Positions 8,977 through 17,625 of a stretch of DNA of 64,000 nt are shown one piece after another. The notes under the pieces are model-generated. The model was given only the letters and a program-made list of their open reading frames with translations, was not told where the DNA came from and ran no database searches. Numbering within the stretch: position 1 is the stretch's first letter; every line of letters starts with the position of its first letter. The DNA comes from Alphaproteobacteria bacterium (GTDB lineage Bacteria > Pseudomonadota > Alphaproteobacteria > MPNO01): contig CBDFLJ010000001.1 of the NCBI GenBank assembly GCA_965248835.1, positions 2,221,381 to 2,285,380 of the forward strand, read 5' to 3'. A program made the translations under genes and the position numbers.

Positions 8977-10250
8977 TGGAAGTCACGATCGAGCACTGGC
9001 CGCTCGACCGGCTGCTGCCTTACGCCGCCAATGCGCGCACCCATTCCGACGATCAGGTGGCGCAGATCGCGGGCTCGATCGCCGCCTTCGGCTTCAACGT
9101 ACCCTGCCTGGTGGACGAGCGCGGCGTGCTGATCGCCGGCCACGGCCGGCTGCTGGCCGCCCGGCAGCTCGAGCTGGAGACCGTGCCGGTGATCCGCCTC
9201 GAGCATCTGAGCGAGGCGCAGGCGCGGGCGTTCCGCCTCGCCGACAACCGGATTGCCGAAAACGCCGGTTGGGACGACGAGCTCCTGGGGGCCGAGTTCC
9301 ACTGGCTCCACGAGGAAGCGGAGTTCGATCTCGACCTCACCGGGTTCACGCTCGACGAGATTGCGGCTCGCCTGACAGCATTCGACGACGGCCTCGCCGG
9401 CAACATCGACGACGACGAAGTCTCCGAGCCGCCGGAGAAACCGGTCACCCGGCCCGGCGATCTCTGGCTGCTGGGCGGCCACCGGCTGCTGTGCGGCGAC
9501 GCCACCGTCGCGGCCGATGTCGAGCGGGTGCTCGACGGCGGGCTCGCGGACCTGTGTTTCACCGATCCGCCCTACAACGTCGATTACGGCAACAGCGCCA
9601 AGGACCGGATGCGCGGCAAGAAACGCCGGATCCGCAACGACAATCTGGGTAAGGACTTCGAGCGCTTTCTGTACGACGCCTGCGTCAACATCCTGACCGT
9701 CACCAAGGGCGCGGCCTATGTCTGCATGTCGTCCTCCGAGCTTCCGACGCTGCAGCGCGCCTTCCGCGAGGCGGGCGGGCACTGGTCGACCTTCGTGATC
9801 TGGGCCAAGAACACCTTCACGCTGGGCCGCGCCGACTACCAGCGCCAGTACGAGCCGATCCTCTACGGCTGGAAGGAGGGAACGGATCATTACTGGTGCG
9901 GCGCCCGTGACCAGGGCGACGTCTGGTTCGTCGACAAGCCGGCGCGCAACGATCTGCACCCGACCATGAAGCCGGTGGCATTGGTCGAGCGCGCGCTCCG
10001 CAACTCGTCGAAAAGCCGCGACGTGGTGGTCGATCCCTTCGCCGGCTCGGGCTCGACGCTGATCGCGGCCGAGAAGACCGGGCGCACGGCACGGCTGGTG
10101 GAACTCGATCCCGGCTATTGCGACGTCGTCGTTCGGCGCTGGCAGGAGTGGACGGGCCAAGCCGCGCGCCTCGAGGGCGACGGGAGACCGTTCGACGAGA
10201 TCGCCGGCGCGGAACGGCCCGGTGCCGTCAACGAGGCGAATGCACCATGA
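8976..10250 (+). CDS. ParB N-terminal domain plus DNA methyltransferase (phage packaging region)
   Basis: LLPYAANARTHS..Q, IAGHGRL, LADNR (ParB); FTDPPYNV, HPTMKP, DPFAGSGST (MTase). Confidence 0.95.
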   Translation: MEVTIEHWPLDRLLPYAANARTHSDDQVAQIAGSIAAFGFNVPCLVDERGVLIAGHGRLLAARQLELETVPVIRLEHLSEAQARAFRLADNRIAENAGWDDELLGAEFHWLHEEAEFDLDLTGFTLDEIAARLTAFDDGLAGNIDDDEVSEPPEKPVTRPGDLWLLGGHRLLCGDATVAADVERVLDGGLADLCFTDPPYNVDYGNSAKDRMRGKKRRIRNDNLGKDFERFLYDACVNILTVTKGAAYVCMSSSELPTLQRAFREAGGHWSTFVIWAKNTFTLGRADYQRQYEPILYGWKEGTDHYWCGARDQGDVWFVDKPARNDLHPTMKPVALVERALRNSSKSRDVVVDPFAGSGSTLIAAEKTGRTARLVELDPGYCDVVVRRWQEWTGQAARLEGDGRPFDEIAGAERPGAVNEANAP

Positions 10251-10696
10251 GCACTTGGAAAATTCATGAGGTGGCCGCCGCGTGCGGATTGACGGAATAC
10301 GAAATCGGCGGATGGATTTCGAGGGGCATATTTCAGCCCGGCGCCACCACGCGAAGAGGCCATTACCGCAACTACGATTGGCGCGACCCTGCCTGCTTGG
10401 CGGTGTTCGCAGAACTCCGGGTGTATGGCCTGTTGCTCGATACCATCAAGTTCATCGTCATTGAGCTTCACGAAGACCTCTCCCAAATTGAAGAATTCAA
10501 GCAAAAATCCGGTGTCTTTTTCTTCGAAGCGCGCTGGAGTGACGACCACAAATACCACTCGACTGTCGGGCTGGTCGATCATGCCGGCTTGGCCGATGTG
10601 CTGCGGCATGCGCCGAAATCGGTCATCGTCGTCGACGTCGCCAAGGTCTATCAGGAGGCGCTGACGAGAATCTCCGGTTTGGAGAGGGCGGCATGA
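10247..10696 (+). CDS. MerR-like HTH protein
   Basis: MSTWKIHEVAAACGL...WISRG...RGHYRNY; ATGA overlaps at both ends; lower GC. Confidence 0.65.
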   Translation: MSTWKIHEVAAACGLTEYEIGGWISRGIFQPGATTRRGHYRNYDWRDPACLAVFAELRVYGLLLDTIKFIVIELHEDLSQIEEFKQKSGVFFFEARWSDDHKYHSTVGLVDHAGLADVLRHAPKSVIVVDVAKVYQEALTRISGLERAA

Positions 10697-11007
10697 GGCG
10701 GCAGTCGCGACGCATGTCGCTCATTGAGGCGGTAACCAATGTGGCGGTTGGCTACGGTCTTGCCGTAACGATGCAGATGCTGGTGTTCCCGCTCTTCGGG
10801 CTCACTGTGGTGTTCGTAGACCACCTTCTGATCGGCGCTGCGTTCACGGTGATCTCGATCGCACGCGCGTTCGCGCTCAGGCGGCTGACCGAGGTCGAGG
10901 TCGACGTGTTCCGCGCCACCGGCCGCGCCCGCATGCTCGATATCGGCAACCGGGCGTTTCCGGCCGAGACCTATACCGCGAAGCGCTTTCCTGGGCTCAC
11001 CCGCTAG
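10693..11007 (+). pseudogene. Chimera of a small phage membrane protein (RQSRRMSLIEA) and the C-terminus of a DUF1833-like tail protein; deletion junction ~10890
   Basis: The N-part matches the small gene that usually follows ParB-MTases. The C-part ...DIGNRAFPAETYTAKRFPGL matches the tail gene that usually precedes NlpC/P60. Confidence 0.7.
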
Positions 11008-11412
11008 ATGCACTGGGCCGAAGACCTGATCGGCCGCCCGTGGGTCGCGGGCGGGCGCGGACCGTACGCATTCGACTGCTGGGGCCTTGTGCGCTTCTGC
11101 TGGCGCACACGCTTCGGCATCGAGGTGCCGGAGATCCCGGTCGACGCCGCAAACCTCCGCGCCGTGCTCTCAGGCTTCCGCGATCACCCCGAAAGGGAAC
11201 GTTGGAAGCTCGTTGAACGGCCGCGCGAGGGCGATGCCGTGCTGATGCGCCAGTCCCGCCATCCGGTTCATGTCGGGATCTGGCTGGCCGTCGACGGCGG
11301 CGGCGTGCTTCACGCCGCGCGCGATATCGGCGTCGTGTTCCAGGGCCCGGCCGATCTCACGGCCCACGGTTGGCGGATCGAGGGTTTCTACCGCTTCACC
11401 GGAGATGCCTGA
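11008..11412 (+). CDS. NlpC/P60 phage tail assembly protein
   Basis: GRPW..GGRGP..FDCWGL, HVGIW, VLHA. Confidence 0.9.
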   Translation: MHWAEDLIGRPWVAGGRGPYAFDCWGLVRFCWRTRFGIEVPEIPVDAANLRAVLSGFRDHPERERWKLVERPREGDAVLMRQSRHPVHVGIWLAVDGGGVLHAARDIGVVFQGPADLTAHGWRIEGFYRFTGDA

Positions 11413-13784
11413 TGCCCGGCACCGTGGTCATGCTGCACAACCCGTTCCGCCCGGACCGGGATCGAGAAGTAATCGCCGTCGCCGCGCCGCTCTCGATCCG
11501 CGAATGGCTCGACGCCCGCGGCATCCGAGAGGCGGGGACGGGCGAAGCCCGAACAGGGAGACGACAAGACTGGTTCGAGCGCCCGACGATCTGCCTCCAC
11601 AACGGCGCGCCGGTGTTGCGCGACCGATGGGGCGAGACAGAGATTGGCGAGAACGATCTGGTCGTGTTCGTGCCGTTGCCCCAGGGCGGCGGCGGAGGCG
11701 GCAAGAACCCGCTCCGCACCATCCTCATGCTCGCCGTCATGGTCGCGGCGCCCTATCTCGGCGGGCTCATCGCCGGCGCCATCGGCGTCACCTCCACCAT
11801 CGGCATCTCGCTGATCACCGCCGGCGTCGCGCTGGTCGGCACGACGCTGGTCAATGTCCTGCTGCCGCCGCCCAAACCCGCCGCGCCGAGCTTCGGCAAG
11901 GGCGTGCCTTCGCCGAGCCCGACCTATTCGCTGACCGCCCAGGGCAACCAGGCCCGCCTCACCCAGCCGATCCCCGTGGTCTACGGCCGCCACCGGGTCT
12001 TTCCCGACCTCGCCGCCACCCCCTGGGCCGAGTACGACGGCAACGGGCAATACCTGCATCAGCTGCACTGCATCGGCCAGGGCGAGCACGAGGTCGAGCA
12101 GATCCGCATCGAGGACACGCCGATCGCTTCCTTCGAGGAGATCGAGACCGAGATCGTGCCACCCGGCGGCGCCGTCACCCTGTTCGCGACCGACGTGGTC
12201 ACGGCCCCCGAGATCGCCGGCCAGGAGTTGATCGGCGTGAACGACCGCGAGGCAGGCGAGGACGGCTGGGTCGGCCCGTTCACCGCCAACCCGGCCGGCA
12301 CGAGGGCGACCGGGATCGGCATCGATGTGGTGATGCCGCGCGGGCTCTATTACGCGGCCGACGACGGCAGCCTCAAGGCCCGCACCGTCGAATGGGAGGT
12401 CGAGGCCCGCGCCATCGACGATGAGGGTGAGGCCGCCGGCGAGTGGATCGCGGTCGCCTCGGAGAGCGTGACCGCGGCCGAGAACACACCGCAGCGCAAG
12501 AGCTATCGCTACGCCCTCGATGTCGGGCGCTACGAGGTGAGGGTCAGGCGCACCAACGACAAGAGCGGCGATGCCCGCGCCGGCCATGTCATCCACTGGG
12601 GCGGGCTCAAGGCGTATCTGGACGATCCGCCCGCGTTCGGCGACGTGACCCTGCTCGCCGTCAGGATGCGCGCCACCGACAATCTCTCCCAGCGCTCGGC
12701 GCGGCTCGTCAACGTCATTGTCACCCGCAAGCTGCCGGTCTGGGATCCCGAGGCCGGCTGGTCCGAGCCTCGGGCCACGCGCTCGCTCGCTTCGGCCTTC
12801 GCCGATGCCGCCAGGTCACGCTATGGCGCCGGGCTCGACGACGCCCGCATCGATCTCGACGCGCTCCATGCCCTCGATGCCGTGTGGCAATCGCGCGGCG
12901 ACCGCTTCGATGCCGTGTTCGACCAAAGCCTCACGGTCTGGGAGGCGCTCACTCGGATCGCCCGTTGCGGCCGGGCGCTGCCCTTCCTGCAGGGCGGGAT
13001 CGTGCGGATCGCCCGCGATGCACCGCGCGCCTTGCCGGTGGCGCTGTTCGGGCCGCGCAACATCGTCCGGGGCAGCTTCCGCGTTCAGTACGTCATGCCG
13101 GGCGAAGACACGGCGGATGCCGTAACCGTGACCTATTTCTCGGAGCGCACCTGGACCCCGGACGAGGTTGTCGCCGCCCTGCCGGACAGCGCCACCGAAG
13201 CCGCCGACAAGCCCGCCACGGTCGATCTGTTCGGCTGCACCGGCCCGGAACAGGCCATGCGCGAGGGCCTATACATGGCCGCCGCCAACCGCTACCGCCG
13301 TCGCATCGTCACCTTCCGCACCGAGCTCGAAGGACTGATCCCGACCTACGGCGATCTCATCGCGATCACCCACGACCTGCCGCGCTGGGGCCAGGGCGGC
13401 GAGGTTACGGCCGTCGACGGCCGGACGCTCACCCTGAGCGAGCCGCTGGAATGGGACGCAGGAGAAGAAACGGCCGCGGGAACCGGCGCGGCCACGGCTG
13501 GGCCGCCCGTCCACTACATCGCGCTTCGCCGGCGTGACGGTGGCTTGAGCGGTCCCTGGCCGGTCGAACCAGGTGCCGATGACAAGACCGTCGTGCTGAG
13601 CGAGGACCTCGACCTCGAGCCCTACACCGGCGCCGACGAGGAACGCACCCACTTCGCCTTCGGCGCCGGCGAGGCATGGGGCCTGCGCGCGCGGGTGATG
13701 GCCGTCCGCCCTCGCGGCGAACAGGTCGAGATCACCGCCGTCGGCGAGGACGCCCGCGTGCATGAGGCCGACGAGGCCGCCTGA
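11412..13784 (+). CDS. Phage tail tip / host-specificity protein (TipJ-like)
   Basis: GGGGKNPLRTIL, NQARL.QPIPVVYGRH, LAVRMRATDNLS; follows NlpC/P60 with a TGATG overlap. Confidence 0.9.
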   Translation: MPGTVVMLHNPFRPDRDREVIAVAAPLSIREWLDARGIREAGTGEARTGRRQDWFERPTICLHNGAPVLRDRWGETEIGENDLVVFVPLPQGGGGGGKNPLRTILMLAVMVAAPYLGGLIAGAIGVTSTIGISLITAGVALVGTTLVNVLLPPPKPAAPSFGKGVPSPSPTYSLTAQGNQARLTQPIPVVYGRHRVFPDLAATPWAEYDGNGQYLHQLHCIGQGEHEVEQIRIEDTPIASFEEIETEIVPPGGAVTLFATDVVTAPEIAGQELIGVNDREAGEDGWVGPFTANPAGTRATGIGIDVVMPRGLYYAADDGSLKARTVEWEVEARAIDDEGEAAGEWIAVASESVTAAENTPQRKSYRYALDVGRYEVRVRRTNDKSGDARAGHVIHWGGLKAYLDDPPAFGDVTLLAVRMRATDNLSQRSARLVNVIVTRKLPVWDPEAGWSEPRATRSLASAFADAARSRYGAGLDDARIDLDALHALDAVWQSRGDRFDAVFDQSLTVWEALTRIARCGRALPFLQGGIVRIARDAPRALPVALFGPRNIVRGSFRVQYVMPGEDTADAVTVTYFSERTWTPDEVVAALPDSATEAADKPATVDLFGCTGPEQAMREGLYMAAANRYRRRIVTFRTELEGLIPTYGDLIAITHDLPRWGQGGEVTAVDGRTLTLSEPLEWDAGEETAAGTGAATAGPPVHYIALRRRDGGLSGPWPVEPGADDKTVVLSEDLDLEPYTGADEERTHFAFGAGEAWGLRARVMAVRPRGEQVEITAVGEDARVHEADEAA

Positions 13785-13875
13785 CCACCACCCAACCGTA
13801 GAGAACACACGCCGTGACGGTCCGTTCTCCGGGACAGACCAGTCGTCGCGGCGGTGCATTATCGGAGACATACCC

Positions 13876-14097
13876 GTGACCGAAACCCATCTCATCGAGA
13901 TCGAGCGGGTCCGCTCGGAGGCGGCGCGGCACCTCGCGGAGCATGAGATCGCCTGTGAGCGGCGCTACGGCGAGCTCCAGGCGCAGCTCACCAAGATCGA
14001 GGTGCTGCACAACCGCAATACGCGGCTGCTCTATGTCGTGCTCGGCGGCATGCTCACCGTCGCCGCCCGCGCGTTCTGGCCGGCGCTCTTCGGCTGA
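13876..14097 (+). CDS. Small phage membrane protein (coiled coil plus one TM; holin-like)
   Basis: GGAGA RBS, GTG start, HEIACERRY, C-terminal TM; located in the lysis block. Confidence 0.6.
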   Translation: MTETHLIEIERVRSEAARHLAEHEIACERRYGELQAQLTKIEVLHNRNTRLLYVVLGGMLTVAARAFWPALFG

Positions 14098-14242
14098 GGC
14101 CGTTCGGCGGCTGACGCCGATCGCGGCCGTCTTCCGCCGCACCCTCCCCACGCACCGATCCCACCGCCGGCGGTCCGGCCGTCGCCGTGCGCGCGCCGTT
14201 GGCCGGGGGCGCTTTCACGTTCAACCCAATTGGAGGCTCACA

Positions 14243-14707
14243 ATGCTGACCCTGCTCGGCAGTCTGCTGGGATTCGCCACCAGCGCCATTCCCGACATCA
14301 TATCCCTGTTCCGCGAGCGCGCCGACCGCCAACACGAGCTCGCGGTGCTCGACCGCCAGATGGAGCAGATGCGGCTCGGCCACACCCAGCGCCTCGAGGA
14401 GATCGAGGTCCAGGCCGACATCGCCGAATCCAAGGCCCTCTACCAGCACGACGCAGCGTTGGGCGGCAGCAGCCGATGGGTGGACTCCCTTCGCGCCTCG
14501 GTCCGCCCGTTGATCACCTACGCTTTCTTCATTCTGTTCGCCTCGGTCAAGGGCTCCGGTCTTTATCTCCTGATCGTGGTCGAGGGCCTGCTGATTGCCG
14601 AGGCCTTGCCGCGCATCTGGGATGCCGAGACCCAGGCGCTGTTCGCCGCTGTGATGAGCTTCTGGTTCGGCAACCGGACTCTATCCAAGCTCCGGGAGCG
14701 GCGCTGA
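14243..14707 (+). CDS. Putative holin-like phage membrane protein
   Basis: GGAGG RBS; MLTLLGSLLGF..., SVRPLITY, SFWFGNR; directly upstream of the lysozyme. Confidence 0.75.
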   Translation: MLTLLGSLLGFATSAIPDIISLFRERADRQHELAVLDRQMEQMRLGHTQRLEEIEVQADIAESKALYQHDAALGGSSRWVDSLRASVRPLITYAFFILFASVKGSGLYLLIVVEGLLIAEALPRIWDAETQALFAAVMSFWFGNRTLSKLRERR

Positions 14708-14711
14708 GGCC

Positions 14712-15152
14712 ATGCGCCATCTCACCGACGACGGCGTTGCCCTGATCAAGCGCTTCGAGGGCTTCGCGCCCGAAATCTATGTCTGCCCGGGCGGCTGGCC
14801 CACCATCGGATACGGTCATGTGGTGCGGGACCATGAGCACGAGCGGTTCGCGGAAAGCATCGACGAGGCGACGGCCGACGAGCTGCTGCGCCGCGATGTC
14901 GAGACCGCGGAGCGCGCCGTGCTGCGGCTCGTCCGCGTGCCGCTCGAGGACTGGCAATTCGACGCGCTCTGCTCGTTCGCCTTCAACCTCGGCGCCGGCG
15001 CGCTGCAGCGCTCAACGCTCCGGCGCAAGGTCAACCGCGCAGAGCACGATGCCGTGCCGGCCGAGTTCCGGCGCTGGGTCTGGGCCGGCGGACGCAGGCT
15101 CAAGGGGCTGATCCGGCGGCGGGAGGCGGAGGCGGCGCTCTATGCCGGATAG
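14712..15152 (+). CDS. Phage lysozyme (GH24 endolysin)
   Basis: LIKRFEG, TIGYGH, QFDAL.SF.FNLG, GLIRRREAE. Confidence 0.95.
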   Translation: MRHLTDDGVALIKRFEGFAPEIYVCPGGWPTIGYGHVVRDHEHERFAESIDEATADELLRRDVETAERAVLRLVRVPLEDWQFDALCSFAFNLGAGALQRSTLRRKVNRAEHDAVPAEFRRWVWAGGRRLKGLIRRREAEAALYAG

Positions 15153-15545
15153 GATGGGAGCGTGCCGCGGCTGCGTATGCTCGATCGATCGGCCGCCACA
15201 CGACACGCACCGGTGGTGCATTGAGCGAGGCCAGACCGGTTCGCCTTCACCATAAGTGTTTCGTTTAGCAACAGTCTCTTAGGCCGAAATCGGCCTATGG
15301 CCTCGATCCCCTGCGCGGGCCGCGTTGTCTGTCCAAAACCGCCGTCCTGTTACCTGCGAACGGACGGCGCCTTCGCCCGAGCTATGGGATACAGGGCCGA
15401 GCCACCTTCGGTGCCAAACGAGGCGGAGGACGGTGCTACTTTGGCTGTCATACCTGAGTTCTCAAGACCCAGAAGGTCAGCCGTGCCGGGCGGGGTGCGG
15501 AAGATTTGGCTACACATTTGTGTGCCCAATGGTTACACTGCTGCC

Positions 15546-15740
15546 ATGGCAACGAAAAATGCAGGGCTTCGAATCAGAGTCGAGCGCCCGCTTCGCGACA
15601 TGTTCCTAGACGCGTGCCGCTCCGAAGACAAGCCTGCGGCGCAGGTGATACGCGAGTTTATGCGCGAGTATATTGCGAAGCGCCGGGCGGAAGCGCAAGG
15701 CTCGTTATTCGCCGGGGAGCCACTGAAAAAGAAACGATAA
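15546..15740 (+). CDS. Ribbon-helix-helix regulator leading the R-M cluster
   Basis: MATKNAGLRIRVERPLRDMFLDAC...AAQVIREFMREY; ends 4 bp before mod. Confidence 0.75.
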   Translation: MATKNAGLRIRVERPLRDMFLDACRSEDKPAAQVIREFMREYIAKRRAEAQGSLFAGEPLKKKR

Positions 15741-15744
15741 CCCT

Positions 15745-17619
15745 ATGGTAGAGCAACAACATTCGAAACAAAGGGAGCGCGTCGCGGGCGAATCGCCTTC
15801 TCTCCGCGACGAGCTTGTCGCCCAGCTCTGCCTTCTGACGCCGCAGGCGTTTACTGAAGACCGCGTCGATTTCGCGAAACTCCGCGAGATCCTCGGGGAT
15901 CAAATCGATGACAGGCCGGAACGGTTTTCGTTTACATGGGCCGGGCGGCGGGACGCCGCCGCGATACTGCAGGCCCCCACGAGCGCAACGCTGGTCCCCG
16001 ATACGGATGAAAGCATCAACTTTACGAAAGCGCAGCACGCCTTCATCGAAGGAGAAAACCTTGAGACACTCAAGGTTATCTACCGGGCATATTTCGGCCG
16101 AGTGAAGATGATCTATCTCGACCCACCCTACAACACCGGCAATGATTTCATATACCCAGACAACTTCGCCGATCCGCTCGATCATTACCTGCGCATCACC
16201 GGACAGAAGAACGGCGACGGCGAGTACATGTCATCGGCCCCCGAGACGGGCGGGCGTTATCACTCCGCGTGGCTGTCGATGATATATCCGCGCCTTGTCA
16301 TGGCGCGGCAACTCCTGGACGAGGACGGCGTGGTCTGCGTCAGCATATCCGACCACGAGGTTGCGGCGCTCAAGTTCCTTCTCAACGAGATCTTCGGCGA
16401 GGAAAACTTCATCGCCCAGTTCGTATGGAAAAGTCGCAAGTTTCCGGACTCGCGCTCGACTATGCAGGTCTCGATCGATCATGAATACCTGCTCGCATAC
16501 CGCCGCAGCCGCGAAGGTCTGTTCCGCGGCAGCGAACGCGACGAGACGAAGTTCCAGAACCCGGACGACGATCCGCGCGGCCCATGGATGAGCCGCAGCA
16601 TGCTGGGGCTCGCCACGGCCGAGCAACGGCCAAATCTGCATTTCCCAATCACCGATTCCGCAACGGGCATCACGTATCAGCCGGCCGCGAACCGCGGCTG
16701 GCGGTACTCCAAAAACCGAATGCAAAAGCTGGTCGATGAAGGATGTGTCCTGTTCCCGTCGAAACCCGATGGACGGCCGCGCGAAAAGAAATTCAAGAAG
16801 GACCTCCAGCATCAGTTCATGGCGTTCCCGACGATTATCGACGACGTTCATACTTCGCACGGGACGGAGGAAGTCCGAGAAATTTTCGGCTTCCATGCGT
16901 TTGACTTTCCCAAGCCCGTCGAACTGTTACGCCGTTTCGTCGAACAGCTTTCCTTGGACGACGATATTGTCATGGATTTCTTCGCCGGTTCCTGTTCGAC
17001 GGCCCATGCCGTCATGAAACAGAACCGCATGGACGGCGGGCACCGCCGGTATATCTGCGTGCAGCTTCCCGAGCCAATGGACGCGGACAGCGAGACCGCG
17101 CGCCGCGGCTACAAGACCATAAGCCAGCTCGGGCTTCACAGGATTCGCATGGCGGCGAAGATGCTCGCCGATGAGGAGAGCACGATGTTGGCCGACGGCA
17201 ACGGCGATGTGGCCAATCTTGCCGTGCGCGTGTTCCGACTCGACGAATCGAATATCCGCCGCTGGATCGGCGTCGAGACCAAGGACGCCGAGGCATACGC
17301 GGAACAACTCGACGCTTTCACCGACACCCTTGTGCCTGGCTGGAAGCCGGAGAACGTCATCTGGGAGATTGCGCTGCGCGAGGGCTACGCGCTCACCTCC
17401 GAGATCGAAAAACTCGAGCTGAATGGGCAGACCGTCTGGCGCGTGACCGATCCCGAACGCGAGCAAAACTTCCATATCTGCCTTGACGACACGCTCGGCA
17501 CGGAGGTTGTTCGCACAATGGGGCTGACGCGCGACGACCTGTTCGTCTGCCGCGACGTCGCGCTCGACGACACGCTCGCCGCCAACTTGGCGCTCCAGTG
17601 CCGCCTGAAGGTCCTGTGA
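15745..17619 (+). CDS. mod: Type III restriction-modification methyltransferase (Mod)
   Basis: FIEGENLETLK, IYLDPPYNTGNDF, HSAWLSMIYPRL, FDFPKP, MDFFAGS. Confidence 0.95.
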   Translation: MVEQQHSKQRERVAGESPSLRDELVAQLCLLTPQAFTEDRVDFAKLREILGDQIDDRPERFSFTWAGRRDAAAILQAPTSATLVPDTDESINFTKAQHAFIEGENLETLKVIYRAYFGRVKMIYLDPPYNTGNDFIYPDNFADPLDHYLRITGQKNGDGEYMSSAPETGGRYHSAWLSMIYPRLVMARQLLDEDGVVCVSISDHEVAALKFLLNEIFGEENFIAQFVWKSRKFPDSRSTMQVSIDHEYLLAYRRSREGLFRGSERDETKFQNPDDDPRGPWMSRSMLGLATAEQRPNLHFPITDSATGITYQPAANRGWRYSKNRMQKLVDEGCVLFPSKPDGRPREKKFKKDLQHQFMAFPTIIDDVHTSHGTEEVREIFGFHAFDFPKPVELLRRFVEQLSLDDDIVMDFFAGSCSTAHAVMKQNRMDGGHRRYICVQLPEPMDADSETARRGYKTISQLGLHRIRMAAKMLADEESTMLADGNGDVANLAVRVFRLDESNIRRWIGVETKDAEAYAEQLDAFTDTLVPGWKPENVIWEIALREGYALTSEIEKLELNGQTVWRVTDPEREQNFHICLDDTLGTEVVRTMGLTRDDLFVCRDVALDDTLAANLALQCRLKVL

Positions 17620-17625
17620 GGCGCC

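Noticed and set aside
15745-17619. Phase-variable mod (phasevarion)
   Set aside because: No simple-sequence repeat tract was seen in or upstream of mod.
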